The notes beneath the pieces were generated by a model. That model ran no database searches, had not been told where the DNA came from, and saw only the letters and a program-made list of their open reading frames with translations. Positions 1-12,667 of a stretch of 64,000 nt of DNA are shown here, one piece after another. The position numbers were made by a program, and so were the translations under genes. Numbering within the stretch: the stretch's first letter is position 1; the number at the start of each line of letters is the position of its first letter. Source of the DNA: Glaucostegus cemiculus (Eukaryota); the NCBI GenBank assembly GCA_976551045.1, contig CDPCPM010000326.1, positions 248,001 to 312,000 on the forward strand. The letters run 5' to 3'.

Positions 1-99
1 CTTTTGAATGACAATGACTGCAAAGCAAGTTTTAAAGATGTTCAAAACTAAAGATGTTTAAAATTCGTATTATAGAATCTACAAGGATAGAGAAGGAAC

Positions 100-192
100 T
101 TTCATTCCCGTTATCTCCATCCTCTGGACATTCCAAAGCTCCATGCAGCCGATGAATATCGCTGAGGTGTGGTCACTTCTACATTGAAGGAA
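100..192 (-). mobile_element. Deu-domain SINE (SacSINE1/AmnSINE1-like) 3' fragment, old
   Basis: ggacattccaaagctccatgcagccgatgaa...gtgtggtcactt resembles the reverse complement of the DeuSINE 3' region as recalled. Related copies occur elsewhere in the window. Confidence 0.55.
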
Positions 193-602
193 ATAGCTTT
201 ATTGCTGCTCGACATCACACCCATGTGGGATAAAAATCTGCCCTCTCAACAAGCACATGTTCTGTTACAGTGTTTATATCACATCTGCCCCACCCCAGCA
301 ACTCCTCCCCCATTTACAGACTGCTTTAAAGAGTGAGTTCTTACTTAGTTTTTACAGCCAGTAAACACATCTGTTTTTTAATCATTTTACATGAGCAATT
401 CTAGATAATTTATAATAATTTTATAATAACAATTGAAGCAATTAAGACTGTTGATTGCTTTCTCTCTTCAGATTTGCTCCTTAATGCCTGAGCTACTTGC
501 TTAAAGTTTCACGAAGGAAATCTTCAAAGAGACTCTTAGCTGCGCAGCAAGTGCCTCCAGGTATCAGTACAAATGAGATTGCAACTTGGTTTTGGGACCA
601 CT

Positions 603-647
603 TCAAGCCTGCTTTGTTCCTTCAGCAATTGAAACAACCTTGAGGAG
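603..647 (-). CDS. Candidate last coding exon of unrecognised minus-strand gene (LLKVVSIAEGTKQA*)
   Basis: Acceptor gtttgtattgtAG at 649-648, phase 0 matching the preceding exon, TGA at 605-603. Downstream minus-strand ATTAAA (377-382) and AATAAA (198-203). Alternatives: acceptor at 674-673 (KIKMVCIVAPQGCFNC*) or read-through of the previous exon to TAA at 738-736. Confidence 0.3.
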   Translation of the reverse strand, partial: LLKVVSIAEGTKQA

Positions 648-762
648 CTACAATACAAACCATCTTAATTTTCTGTGCACAAAGCATAAGGCAGGTTTCA
701 TGCTTGCTCAACATTAAATATATATTTCCTACTTTTTATTCAATGGTGCTCCCATTATTTAC

Positions 763-907
763 CTTTGGACAGACTGAGTCCAGGTTGTCTTGTAAACCCT
801 TCATCTCTGCAATAATGCTGGAGTTTCTTCTGTCCATTGTAGCAAGGGGTGGAAGTTTCATTAACACTGACTCTGCTGCCACTCTGATACACAGTTGGAA
901 CTGGGCA
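763..907 (-). CDS. Candidate coding exon, 145 nt (AQFQLCIRVAAESVLMKLPPLATMDRRNSSIIAEMKGLQDNLDSVCPK)
   Basis: Acceptor ttccttcgttttccacattgacAG, donor AAG|GTAAAT. Lies within ORF 736..1023(-). Enters in phase 2 in frame with exon 1854-1952. Not recognisably repeat-derived. Confidence 0.55.
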
Positions 908-1853
908 CTGTCAATGTGGAAAACGAAGGAATAAATAATTGAAGTGGAAAAGATGGCAGGAATGTGAAGAAAGAGCAGGGGGAATGGAGCTAGTTGGTCC
1001 CCTCTTTCAAAGAACTGACACAAGCATGATGGGCTGAATGGCCTTCAGTGTTGCATCAATCTATGAAGAGCTACAATGCAGTGACTATAAATCTATTCAG
1101 GCAGATCAATGGCATCATGGTTTAGCCCAATTTTATTGCTGACACAGTTCCATTTTCTACAGTTATTGTAAGATGATCTTCATATTAACTTGCACTCATT
1201 CATTCAACTCAGCGCACATTGTTTGTTCAGATTATTGGAAATACTTGTAGTTATGGGTTCAAGTTGCACTCCAGGACTTTGCCAAGCAGAATAGCAGAAC
1301 AGAGGGAGTGCTGCAAAATCAGAGGTATAAGTTGGGTGAGGCTGAGATTTCATCTGACTGCTAAGGTGAAAATAGAGAACCCAATGGCACAATTACTCAC
1401 AGAATCCAGATTGGCAACTCTTTCTTCACCAAACCCATGAAGAACAGATTAACCATTGCTCTAGGTGCAGTTTTACTGTGTACAAACTGCCTGTCATGTT
1501 TGCCAACAAATCAGCACTTCAAAAGCATTTATGATGTCCTGAGGGAACTGCACTACATTTTAATTCAGAATTTTTCTCACCCTTTTTTTAAAATCCCAAG
1601 TAGAAAAGATCCATTAAATTTTGCTGTTGGCAATTTTTAATCTACGGCCTGACCTTAATGTGCTGTTTACCAAACAGTGCTCAAACATTGTAAAGCCCAC
1701 AATCCTAGTGGCAAATTAAAAGACTCTTGAGCTCTACAAATGGTTTGTCTTCAATATTTCAAACTGGCAGCACAGACATCAGTCTCTGTGCAGTTTCCCA
1801 ATGATCTTCAGATACACCACTGTGCCTTTTTGAAAACCCTAAGCGGTGCTTAC

Positions 1854-1952
1854 CACACAACATTCTTCATGGTGTTCACCTTCATTTCAGAACACTGGGA
1901 CAAACTCTTATTGTCTTTGGGCATTTGACATTGGTAGCAAAGTTTTCTAAAC
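1854..1952 (-). CDS. Candidate coding exon, 99 nt, phase 2-2 (FRKLCYQCQMPKDNKSLSQCSEMKVNTMKNVV)
   Basis: Acceptor tttgctttgccttttccatgatgtAG, donor GTG|GTAAGC. Only one of three frames is open, and it is the frame that joins both neighbours. Confidence 0.55.
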
Positions 1953-1999
1953 CTACATCATGGAAAAGGCAAAGCAAATTGATAACTTTTTTCCCAAAT

Positions 2000-2480
2000 A
2001 AAACATCCAAGATCCTTGGCCTCATGAACAGAGGGATGGTACACAGAAGCAATGAAGTCACACCGAACCATTGTAAATCAATGTTTGGGCCCCAGGTATA
2101 ATGCTGTGTAAAATTCCAAGCTCACTGTCTTAGGAAGGGCACCGAGGTTAGAAAGAGAGCACATGAAGTTCATGAACATATAGCCAGGACGGAAGACTTC
2201 AGTTATGAGGAGAGACTAGAGATACTGGGGCTGTTCTTCTTAGAAGAGGGAAGGTCAAGGGGAATTTAGAGAGGCAGACAGAAGAATGGAAGGTTTTATT
2301 ACAGTTAGTAAGGAGAAACTGTCTCCATTATCAGGAGGGTTAGAAACTGAATTGAAGGTAACTAAAAACCTCAAGGTGACATGAGATTGAAATATAAAAG
2401 GCACAAAGTTGTTATGAACTGGAAGGCACTGTTCAAAACAGTGTAGAATAGAGATTCTATGGAAACTTCCAAACAGGAAT
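2000..2480 (+). mobile_element. Highly decayed CR1-group LINE 3' fragment
   Basis: Degenerate match to the 3' ORF2/UTR of the younger CR1 copies (agttatgaggagagactagagatactggggctgttcttcttagaaga). Confidence 0.55.
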
Positions 2481-3208
2481 TGGATTGCAAAAGAAAAGAA
2501 AATACAGGACAATAGTGAAAAAGATCTGGGTAGAGAAGAAACTTTCAAAAAGTCAGCAGGGTAAGCAGGCCATACATGTCTCCCTCTTTCCAAAACATGT
2601 GTCAACAAAGTTTGTTCATTTCCTATCAAAACGATGGCTTTTATATGTTCAGCAGCGATCTGCATTAATAGTTTTAGCTGCACATTACAAAACATTGGGA
2701 GATTTTATTTTTTAACAGAAAAGCCAAGTGGACAGTAGCAGGAAGTAAAAACACTTAAGTGGATGGCGGTCAGATGGGTTCCGAGAATGTTTCGAAAAGA
2801 AGGGCGGACGTCCAAGCGACAGAGAGAATTAGTAGGAGGCGAGAATGTGAGTGAAGTGACTCATGGAAGAAATGAATGAGGGGTTGTTTGGTTTTATAAA
2901 AGTATAAAATGTGTGGTGTACTTGGTAAGAGTTTAGAAGTATTATTTTAGTTTATTCATTTGAAGGTTAAACTGAGTTCAAATTACAAAGCAACTATGAT
3001 TTTTGCTCATTACATATGTGAATGAAAACAGAGGTATTTGCAGATAATACACAAAGAAAGTCAATTGCAAAACATTCTAAAAATGGCATTTTGCAGAAGA
3101 AAGTCAGACTAGTTTGTAGCATTGCAACTTTGTGGTTACAAAGGTGAACTCCATTAGGAGACTTTGATGTACTCAATGCCCAAAATTCATTTTCAGCTAC
3201 GTTGGTCT

Positions 3209-3440
3209 GTAGGAGGAGAAACAGTCAAAGGTTCAGAGTGGAGACCCTTCATCAGTACTGAAACATTGACTCCGCTTCTCCTGAGCAGCCCAGACGCTGT
3301 GGGCCGAAGGGCCTAACCCTGTGTTGTACTGTCCTATGTTCTTCCCATAGATGTGGCCTGACCTGACCTGCTGAGTATTTCCAGAGTTTTCTGACCGAGG
3401 TTTAGATTCCAAGCATCTGCAGGATTTTTTAAATTTTCAA
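3209..3440. mobile_element. Penelope-like element terminal (pLTR) remnants in inverted arrangement, interrupted by a CR1 tail (3281-3340)
   Basis: gagacccttcatcag (CTGATGAAGGGTCTC on minus) and ctgacctgctgagtatttccag...ccaagcatctgcag, shared with copies at 4.8, 16.3, 25.9, 31.4, 48.7 and 57.4 kb. Confidence 0.55.
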
Positions 3441-4829
3441 TCCCTCTCCAGTCATAGCGATTATGGTAAATTGATACACCTTGATCTCAAAGAAAAGCTG
3501 ATTACTGTTGGTGGGGAAGTCTTGAAATCAGTAAATGGTCTATCCCAAGCAGGGGGAGGGGTGGGTGGGTGGGAGAGGAAGAGGACAATCAGGGCAGAAT
3601 TGTAGTTGGGAGTTGGAGGTTGGGAGATTGGGTGGGAATGAGTATGATTGTGGCCAGTATTGAGCAGGGTGGTCAGGAAGATCATAGGGACCTCAGGAAG
3701 ATGGGAGTGGATGCCAGAGGGTGTAAATATGGGACATGCAGGGGGCCCAATCCATGAGATGATTAAAATAGTTATGTAACTAAAGATGGTCACTCCCAGA
3801 ACTGCTGAATAGTACTCTGCTGCCAAAGATACAGCACAAGGAGAATGAAGTCATCCCATTCAAGGCTAAGTCACATTCAGTCACACACCAGTTAACTTTA
3901 CAGGTTGTTGCAAAAGTGATCTGGTGTTGGTTATTAACACATTTTACAAGAGGGATTAATTTAGATTGGCATCATGGCTGGTGCACCCCAGGACCTGCAC
4001 ACTGAGTCTCACAGGGGGAAGTTAGGACAATCACCTACAAACAGTTCAGATTAGCCTTCAAGGAGCATCTTAAAGGAGAGAAGGATAAAGGTTTAGAACC
4101 TAAGAAATAGGAGGAGGCTTTTTTGGGCCTTTGATCCTATTTTGCAATTTATCAAGATCATGGCTAACCTTTTATCTCAGAGCGATTTCCCTGCTCTACC
4201 CCCATATCTCTTCTTCCTAATAACACAATGACTGAGCCTGTACAACCCTCCAGATCGAGAATTTCAAATGTTCACCATCTTCTGTGTGAAGAGACTTCTC
4301 CTCATCTCAGTCCTACATGGCCTACCTCTTATTCTGAGACTGTGAACCTCTAGTTCCAGACTCCTCATCCAGGGGAAATGTCATGTTAAACCCTGTAAGA
4401 ATTTTGTAAGTTTCATTGATTTTTCCTCTCATTCTTCTAAACCAGAGGGACTACAGGCTGGTTCTATTCAATCCCTCCTGTATGGTAAACTCACCATCAT
4501 TAGAACCAGTCCAGTTAAGCTTTAAGAAGGGAATTTTGGAGATTAGTATGCCAGCATCTGAAGGCAGCAATGTGATAAATGTGGGAATAAGCAAGAGATC
4601 ACAGTAAAAATGCAGAGATGTCAGAGGTTTCAGAGATGGGGAGAGGCAACATAATGGAGGGAGGAGATGATTAAAGCTCTACTATTTGTGGTTGGTCTGT
4701 GATCTATGTCCTGATCATGTTACTGAGAAACAGCACACAATCAATTTCAACTTTGAAATTAAGAACTGATTTGGCATCAACTGCTCCTTGGAAAGGAGAT
4801 TTCCAAATTTCCAGCACCCTTTAAGTGCA

Positions 4830-4955
4830 GAGACAGAAGAGGCTGCAGATGCTGGAATCTGGAGGAACAAACAGTCTGCTGGATGAACTCAGCAGGTCGA
4901 GCAGTATCTGTGGGAGGAAAGGAATTGTCACTCCCTGTTCAGGCTGAAACCCTTT
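4830..4955 (+). mobile_element. Penelope-like terminal fragment
   Basis: ctgcagatgctggaatctggag...ctgctggatgaactcagcaggtcgagcagtatctgtgg, the same dispersed family as above. Confidence 0.55.
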
Positions 4956-5689
4956 GAGTGTAGATGTATCTGTTAAATTCACTGCTGACAGAGCAGGCTT
5001 TCACTACCAGTGAAAACAGGCTGGGAGGAGAGAAACAAAGTATTCCTCTTATCCATTCCCAAGATATCAATTTGGTTCAAATCAACTTTGAACTCCATTA
5101 ATTCTAGGATCTGTAAAAAAGGAGGGAATTGATAAGTTAGTGACTGTGAAACCAGTTTGTCTGGGAGTGTGGCATTTGGAAATTTGCACTTAACTGGTGC
5201 TGTTTGACCTGCTCAGTCTGTCAAAGCTCAAGAAATTCAGATTCAGCTGTGAATCAGTCGTGCAAAGTATGACCCTGGTTGATGCAGTCAGTTTCCCACT
5301 TTGAATTCTTTTGCTTCTGACTGAGTCGCATATGATGTGTTACAAAGACGCACTTCATATGCAAGCCACCAAATACAGACTCTCCTTCCCCATTCGAAAC
5401 AAAAAAGATGTTTGTGATCATGCAAATGCTGTACTAAGTCCAACGTTTCAGATTCTGTTCTCAATTAAGGCTCACTCAATTCCTGCCATCCATTATTCAC
5501 TAATTTAATTTAATTCATTAAGTCACTACTGACTAATTGAGAGCATCTGTTTGCTGCACAAGGCACTCTGTATTCTTGGATAGATTTCAACAGTCCTAAT
5601 TTAGGATCAAGTTACATTAATGTCAAAAGATATTTGGAACCCTTCTGTGGCCTTGGCTGTTGTAACTTAATGACCACTCACTAACTTAC

Positions 5690-5806
5690 ATCCCCAGCAA
5701 GTTCATTTTTCTTGGAAAGACAGGCTCTTTCTTCACTCTTCCTGGCCACCGCTGAAAGCATGCCGATTTTTTGGCATTTTCAACCCACCACTTCCCTGCC
5801 TCATTT
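5690..5806 (-). CDS. Candidate coding exon, 117 nt, phase 2-2 (NEAGKWWVENAKKSACFQRWPGRVKKEPVFPRKMNLLG)
   Basis: Long pyrimidine tract then aagcAG acceptor, donor GAT|GTAAGT. Only one frame is open (3' part of ORF 5686..5985). Confidence 0.55.
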
Positions 5807-7993
5807 CTGCTTTTAAAAGGGCAGGGTTGAGGGGTGGGGGAGGAGGAAGAGGAGCAAATATTGCAATAAAAGGAGGCTTCAGATGATTTGACAGGGAAAG
5901 TGAATGGTGTGGAGCAACAGTGTGATGTAGAGGAGGTAAGGCTGTTAGATCCAGGGCTCAGGGAGTTAATCCTATAACAGGACAAGGTTGTTCAGGAGAG
6001 AAGTTAGGAAACATTTCCTTGTAATGGTTGGTTGGTATAAAACACTCTCCCACAAAAAGCAATAGATATTAGCTCAAATGATCCATTTAAAATTCAGTGT
6101 TAAGTTATGGAGCCAAGTTCAGACAAAGATCTCGTCAATGCCGGAATAGGCTCAAGAGTTGAATGGCCTCCTCTTGGTCTGAGATTTCTTTCTCTTCTCT
6201 CCCCAAAAACTCTTTTGCTTTATTCCTCTTCCTACTTTTTCTCTGTCCTCTTCAACTAAAGTACTTTTAAAATAGATTGATTTAAGGCTTGATTTGCTGT
6301 CTTAGCGCTGTTCTTCACATCACCATTTGGACTGGAGGCGGTTATGAGGTCTCAGAGGCAGGGAGTTATGTGTGACATTCAAAGTTTGCGTAAATTGAGA
6401 CCTCTAACATAAAACAAAACAAGCTGTGGAGGGACAGTTGAACAGAAGTGAAAACCACATGAGTAATATCAGATTTATACAGGAAGTTGTTTAGATCACG
6501 ATTGATAACTGTTCTCCATGCAATAAAAATTACATTGAGACACTAGAGAAGGATTTAGTGTAGCAGTAGATGGGGTGATAACTATCAAGATAGAACATGC
6601 TGGAATTTGTTCAATAGAAGGGAAATACAAGGGGTGATGTGCATTAAAGGATAGTGAAGCAGTTGGATGGGGAAACAAGAAACAAAGCACTTGTCTCCGC
6701 GTGTTGGAGATTACGAAGCAGAGTCATAAATGAAGGATAGTCCCTACACCAGTGGGAAATCCAGGAGAAACATTACTACACTTTGGCTGTAAAGTTTGGA
6801 GCCCACCATACAGACAACAAGCAGTTGTATTTAACAAGAAGCTGAATAAATACATAAAGGAGAAAGGTTTAGAAAGATGTGTTGAATGGACAAGCTGGAG
6901 ACAGGCTTACTCGGGGCAGAAACACTAATTGGGCCGAATGGCCTGTTTCTGTACTGTAAACAATCAGATGTGATGTTACTGGTCAGTTGCTCACAGCACT
7001 ACACAGACATTGGAGATGTCCTTAGCTTTTCTTTAAATCAGTGTCTGTCTCCCCTGCCCCCCTCCAGCAACATTTACAATGGTCAGCTCACTGCAGCCTG
7101 AACCTTTCATTAGTTGTAGTTCTCATCATTTAATTTGCAGAAGAAGATTAATTAATTTGTATTCTGTTTCAATTCTCACATTGTAACTTAAAGTTTATCC
7201 AAGCGCCAATCAATACCTCAGCAGTAAAACTACTTGACCTCACATTTTTTCACAAAGATTCTGCTTTTTACACAAAAAATAGTGAAACATTCACCTCAGT
7301 GTTTATGAAATTTCACCTCCTGCTTGAAAGTAAAGTGACTAGAAGGAAAGGAACAGAGCGGAAAGTGTTAGAAGGTGGTGTCACCTGGACAGTGGTAGGA
7401 GGTACTGGTGAATGCTGGACACCAGGTGCACATGCTCAGCTGGCACCAGGTGAACCACCCAGGTCACCCCTATCCAAAGCTCAGACCTGCTGTCAATCTG
7501 TTCCCAGTACAGGCCACCCTCGCATTACAGCCATCCGGGTAGCGGAAAATTACTCTTCTTGAATTCATGGTCTCCTGTATCTTCTACCCGATGGAAGAGG
7601 AGAGAAGGGAGAATGTCCTGGGTGTGTGGGGTCCTGAGCTGGATAATGTTCGACTTGTTCACACATTGAGTTGTAGTTCCCATCATCTTATTCAGAGAGC
7701 TGTGAGGTTACTCAGGTCCTGGGGTGGTTTTCCTTCAGTGATCTGCCCCCTCCAACAGCTCCATGGAATGTACAAGCCCTCAATGGGACCACCGTCTGGA
7801 GATGGGACCAAAGGGAAGGGAAAGGGGGGAGGGTGGATACAGTGGCAGTGCTGGGAGGGGAGGGGTCCGGCAACACTCCCCACCACTGGTCACTACTGTA
7901 CTTGACTGTGGAGTGTGGGAAAGTGGGCTGTGAAAGAACAGGTTTGGATCAACTGTGGAAGCATGAGCATGATGAATTAGGATCACCTATAGC

Positions 7994-8760
7994 CTCGAGT
8001 TTTCTGGTTCCCTTTACCTGGGAAAAAGACTGTGTGCATCCACCCTTTCTATGCCCCTCGTTTTATGCACCTCTAAAGTCCTCACCTGCCCAAACCTCTT
8101 CCTATAACTCAGACCCTCAAGTCCTGGCAACATTCTCGTAAATCTTCTTTGCCATTTTTCCAACTTAATGATGTTGGAACAGGGTGAACAAAATTGTACA
8201 CAATACTCCAAGCACTGCCTCCCCATCATCTTGTACAAGTGGAACGTAACATCCCATCTCTTATATTCAATGCCCTGACTGATGAAGGCCAGCGTGCCAA
8301 ATGCCTCTCCACCACCCAGCAAACCTGTGACATCCCTTTTAGGAAACTATACGCCTGTACTTCTAGATCTCTCTGTTCCACAACTCTCCCCAAAGCCCAA
8401 CCATTCTCCCTATAAGTCCTACCCTGATTTGACTTCCCAAATTGCAATACGTTACACTTTTGATAAGATTGGATCAGGTTTCTTTATTAGTCACATGTAC
8501 ATCGAAACACACAGTGAAATGCATCTTTTGTGTAGAGTGCTCTGGGGGCAGCCCGCAAGTGTCGCCACACTTCCGGCACCAACATAGCATGCCCACAACT
8601 TCCTAACCTATACATCTTTGGAATGTGGGAGGAAACTGGAGCACCCGGAGGAAACCCACACAAACACGGGGAATTGAATTGGATGTCATTTGCCAATCCT
8701 CAGCCCACTTACCCAGTTGATCAAGATCTCCATGTAATTTCTGATAACTTTCTTCACTGT
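7994..8760 (-). mobile_element. CR1-type LINE fragment interrupted by a SINE at about 8461-8670
   Basis: ORF 8014..8322(-) has LEYCVQFCSP and QRRFTRMLPGLEGLSY; ORF 8226..8447(-) has EQRDLEVQ. Confidence 0.85.
8461..8670 (-). mobile_element. 5'-truncated V-SINE (same family as 40727-41017)
   Basis: V-domain text tctttggaatgtgggaggaaactggagcacccggaggaaaccca and tail tttattagtcacatgtacatcgaaa. Confidence 0.8.
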
Positions 8761-9150
8761 TTTACCACCTATTTTAGTATCACCTTCTATGGTAGGATGA
8801 GAGACTGAGCAGCCACTCTGAGAAAACTAACCTGTGACCAAGTGTTTACATGTCAGACAAGCTTCCACTACACACAGTGTGACACTCTGGGCAGAGCGAT
8901 ATCCTCAAATCCACCTGCAGCAAGCAGAAGAACAGTCCTGCTGGTGGCAGTTATACATCAGTGAATGTATACTGTATCTGCTTTGGTGACTTATGGACTG
9001 TTTCACATAGTGTGGCTCACAATAAATTAGAGGATGTAATGGGGAATAGAGGGAGGTGTGGATTTAGAGAGGAGACAGGATGAGCAGTGTAGCAGGGATG
9101 AGGGAGGAAAAGGAAGAAGTGTGGGCAAGTGTGTGTTCGTGGGTACATGC

Positions 9151-9156
9151 ATGTGC

Positions 9157-9207
<51 letters not shown>

Positions 9208-9216
9208 TGTGTGTGT
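9151..9216. repeat. (GT)n microsatellite
   Basis: About 30 GT/GC dinucleotides; explains the poly-HT and poly-CV ORFs. Confidence 0.97.
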
Positions 9217-9874
9217 TTACAATCTTGGTGGAACAATTAAACATGGGATATGCAAGAGGTCGATGATGGAGCAAATATTGGAGGGAAGATTTGGAAACAG
9301 GGTGAGAATGTTAAACTCAAGTTAACCCACTGCAGGCCAACATAGGTAAAAGGCAGTGGGCAGTGGGTTAGCAGCATGTTGGGTGACCTTGACTTTACAA
9401 AATACTAGAGTTTGAGGGTGTGATGGCATTTGGGTGCATGCCCAGAGCTTTAACTGGCACAGATATGGGATGATGATACTTATCTGTGCTGTATATTAGA
9501 GGAATGTGCCTCTTATTCCTTAATATGAAAGTCCAGGACAAGGTAATCTATGGGACGGCACAGTTTGAATGACCTAAATGAATTTTCATTTTTGTTGCAT
9601 CAGGAGCAAATGTAATCTCCTAACAGGGGGCCTGAAGAAACATTGAAAAGACAAAACCTAATAAACATTTGATTCAGAAACAAAATCAGTCTCATTCTCC
9701 TGAAGGCAGAGATTAATGGAATGGGATTTTGTTAATTGCAAAGCACTGATAACAGGGATGTGTGTCCAGGCCCCAGCTATCAGTGTACAACAAGATAATT
9801 AGGTTTCCTGTGGCAATTATGCTCTGGTGTGGCTCTGTCTTAATCCAATTTGCCAGAGATAGGGCTGATCATGA

Positions 9875-10090
9875 ACAACTTTTTGCACAGAGTGGTGGGT
9901 GCCTGGAACGCACTGCCAGGGGTGGTGGTGGAAGCAGATATGATAGAAATGTTTAAGAAGCATTCAGAGAAGGACATGAATAAGCAGGAAATGGAGGGAT
10001 ATAGACTTTGTGCAGATCAAGGGGATTAATTCAAATTGGCATCATGGTGAGACAAAGGACCATTCCTGTGCTCTGGTGTTCTGTATTCTG
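9875..10090 (+). mobile_element. CR1 3' UTR fragment
   Basis: cacagagtggtgggtgcctggaacgcactgccaggggtggtggtggaagcagata matches the 3' UTR of 13140-14913. Confidence 0.8.
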
Positions 10091-10164
10091 TGATTTCTCC
10101 TACTTCAAGGTAATGTTTGAATACATTCATGTCCACCTGAGAGCAGGTGGGACTTTAACATAAC

Positions 10165-10478
10165 ATGACACAGCCCCAGCAGCACAGGTTCAATCCTGAC
10201 ATCAGGTGCTGTCTGTGTGGAGTTTGCATGTTCTCCCTACAGCTACATGAGTTCCCTCTGGTTTCCTGTCACATCCTAATGAGGTGCAGGTCAGTAGGTT
10301 AGTTGGACAATGTACCTCACCCCCAGTGTGTAGGTAAGGAGTAGAATCTGGAGAGAATTGATGGGAATGTGGGGAGAAGGAAATAGGATCAATGTAGGAT
10401 TGGTGTAAATGGGTGCTTGATGGTCAGCACAGGTTTAGTGTGATGTAACGCTTGTTTCCTTACTGTGTGACTTTGTGG
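10165..10478 (+). mobile_element. V-SINE (HE1-like)
   Basis: B-box-like ggttcaatcc, then gctgtctgtgtggagtttgcatgttctccc V domain and CR1-like tail. Confidence 0.7.
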
Positions 10479-10579
10479 CTAATGTCTCACCCAAAAGATA
10501 GCACCTCTGACATTGTGGGGTTCCCTCAGTTCAGCACTGGGAGGATTAGTTTGTGATTTTGCTGAAGGTGGGGCTGGTG

Positions 10580-11335
10580 TACATGCAACAATGGTGCTGA
10601 GGTCAAGAGGGTTGAGAACTTCAAGTTCCTGGGTGTGAACATCACCAACAGCCCGCTCTGGTCAAATCACATAGATGCCATGGCCAAGCAAGCTCAGCAG
10701 CACCTGTACTTCCTCTGAAGGCTAAAGAAATTTGGTTTGTCCCCTTTGACTCTCACCAGCTTTTACTGATACACCATAGAAAGTATCCTATATGATGAAT
10801 CATGGCTTGGTAAGGCAACTGCTCTGTCCAGGACCACAATAAACTGCAGAGAGTTGTGAACACAGCCCAGCACATCATGGATCCCAGCCTCCTCTCCCTT
10901 GGACTCTGTCTTTACCTCTCATTGTCTTGGTGTAGCAGCCAGCATAATCAAAGATCCCACCCACCTGGGACATTCTCTCTTCTCTCCTCTTCCATCGGGT
11001 AGAAGATACAGGAGCCTGAGGGCACGTACCACCAGACTTAAGGACAGCTTCTGCCCCACTGTGATAAGACTATTGAACAGTTCCCTTATACAATGAGATG
11101 GACTCTGACCTCACGATCTACCTTGATGTGACCTTGCACCTTATTGCACTGCATTTTCTCTGTAGCTGTGACACTTTACCCTGTACTGTTACTGTTTTTA
11201 CCTGTACTACATCAATGCACTTTGTACTAACTCAATGTAACTGCACTGTGTAATGAATTGACCTGTACGATTGGTTTGTAAGACAAGCTTTTCACAGTAC
11301 CTTGGTACAAGTGACAATAATAAACCAATACCAAT
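10580..11335 (+). mobile_element. Rex1/Babar-type LINE 3' fragment
   Basis: FKFLGVNIT-like coding, HLGHSLFSPLPSGRRYRSLRARTTRLKDSF, and a tail ending gtgacaataataaaccaataccaat. Confidence 0.85.
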
Positions 11336-12667
11336 TGTTATCCAGTTCTGTACTTAAGACTATGGATTCAGTTGTCATACTGTAGTCCTGGATCAATAAC
11401 TCACAATTAAGCTGTCTATTTATTTATAGCTATTGTCTGCAAACTTTGACTTTACTGTTTGGTAATGGAGCAGGTTTCAGGCAGTGAACATGTCTATCAA
11501 TCAGCCAGCAGATTAACTAGTTACTGCACAAGGTGGATTAACTAGTTAATGCACTTCCAGCTGGAAGGTCTACTGTACAAACTGTGACCATAGTTGAGGT
11601 ACTCCATATCCAAATGAACAACAGCACATGGATCAAGGTCAGAGACAGATGTAAAGAAATCTTGCAAAGAAACATTATGAGATTACATCCTTTCAAATTT
11701 ACAGTGCAGGTACGGCTCATTCAGTTGAAAGGACTGTGCTGGCCTTCAGAGATGTACACAGCAGTGTGCCAGCAGGGCAGTGGTTCACCAAGTATGTTCA
11801 GTCATGGGATTATGTATGTACTTGTATGATATACACCTGTGTAAATTGCCCCTTTGAAGAGGTCAAATTTAATTTCCTTTGCATGTCTTTGGTGGTGTTA
11901 CTGCTCCATCTGGGGCTCCTTCAACCCCTCATCTCATCCTATGACTCCACCTGCCTATTCCACGGAGCGTCATGGTTGTGACATCTGAATCAAATATGAG
12001 CTGAGACTATGCAAAAAAATACAGTAACAGTAAAACAGATTGAGTTCCTCAGTGAAGCAAATCTGACACATTGGATATACTTTTCCACAAGGACAGTTTT
12101 GATTGCAAAGTCATGTCTGCCCATGAGACTCTTTTTCTCAGGCGAATAATGCCCACTGACTACTTCAGTAGTGAGGAGCGAAGTGAATATCATATGGTCA
12201 CTGGCGGAATATCGTCTCATGCAGGCAGATTAACTTTCCTCCCTCCCATCCATTTCCTTTGCTGCTGGTTCTGACGTTCCACACACTCACAATACTCTCT
12301 AAATGTGGGTGACAGATTATACTTGCAGTTCCTCCTGACCTGGTGACAGGGACATGGCTCCTGACTTTCGCTTCATCAAGCCTTTACTTTGTGCCTCTTT
12401 TGAAGGTCGGTTCAAACTTTAGAACTAAGTACTGGCACAAGGAGCACATAACACTTCTTTACATCTTACTGTGTGTTGGAGTTTGTGATTAATTAAACAC
12501 TTCCAGCTGATTGACTAATATATTCCTTTACTGAGCAGGACTCTTATTGAAAATGTTCTGTTTTTCTGTTCAGATCTAATTGTATACTTATGTGATGTAT
12601 TTACTGGTCTCTTTGTTTGCAGGTACTACTGAACAACAGAACAATCAGAACAAAACAATTGACTCAC

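Noticed and set aside
472-560. Plus-strand exon with ttcAG acceptor and CAG|GTATCA donor
   Set aside because: Stops in all three frames.
1401-1490. Minus-strand exon candidate ending at GTGAGT
   Set aside because: Weak acceptor that overlaps a Deu-SINE remnant (about 1460-1560). It would be frame-compatible, so it is not fully excluded.
9017-9325. His/Thr- and Cys/Val-rich ORFs
   Set aside because: Translations of the (GT)n microsatellite.
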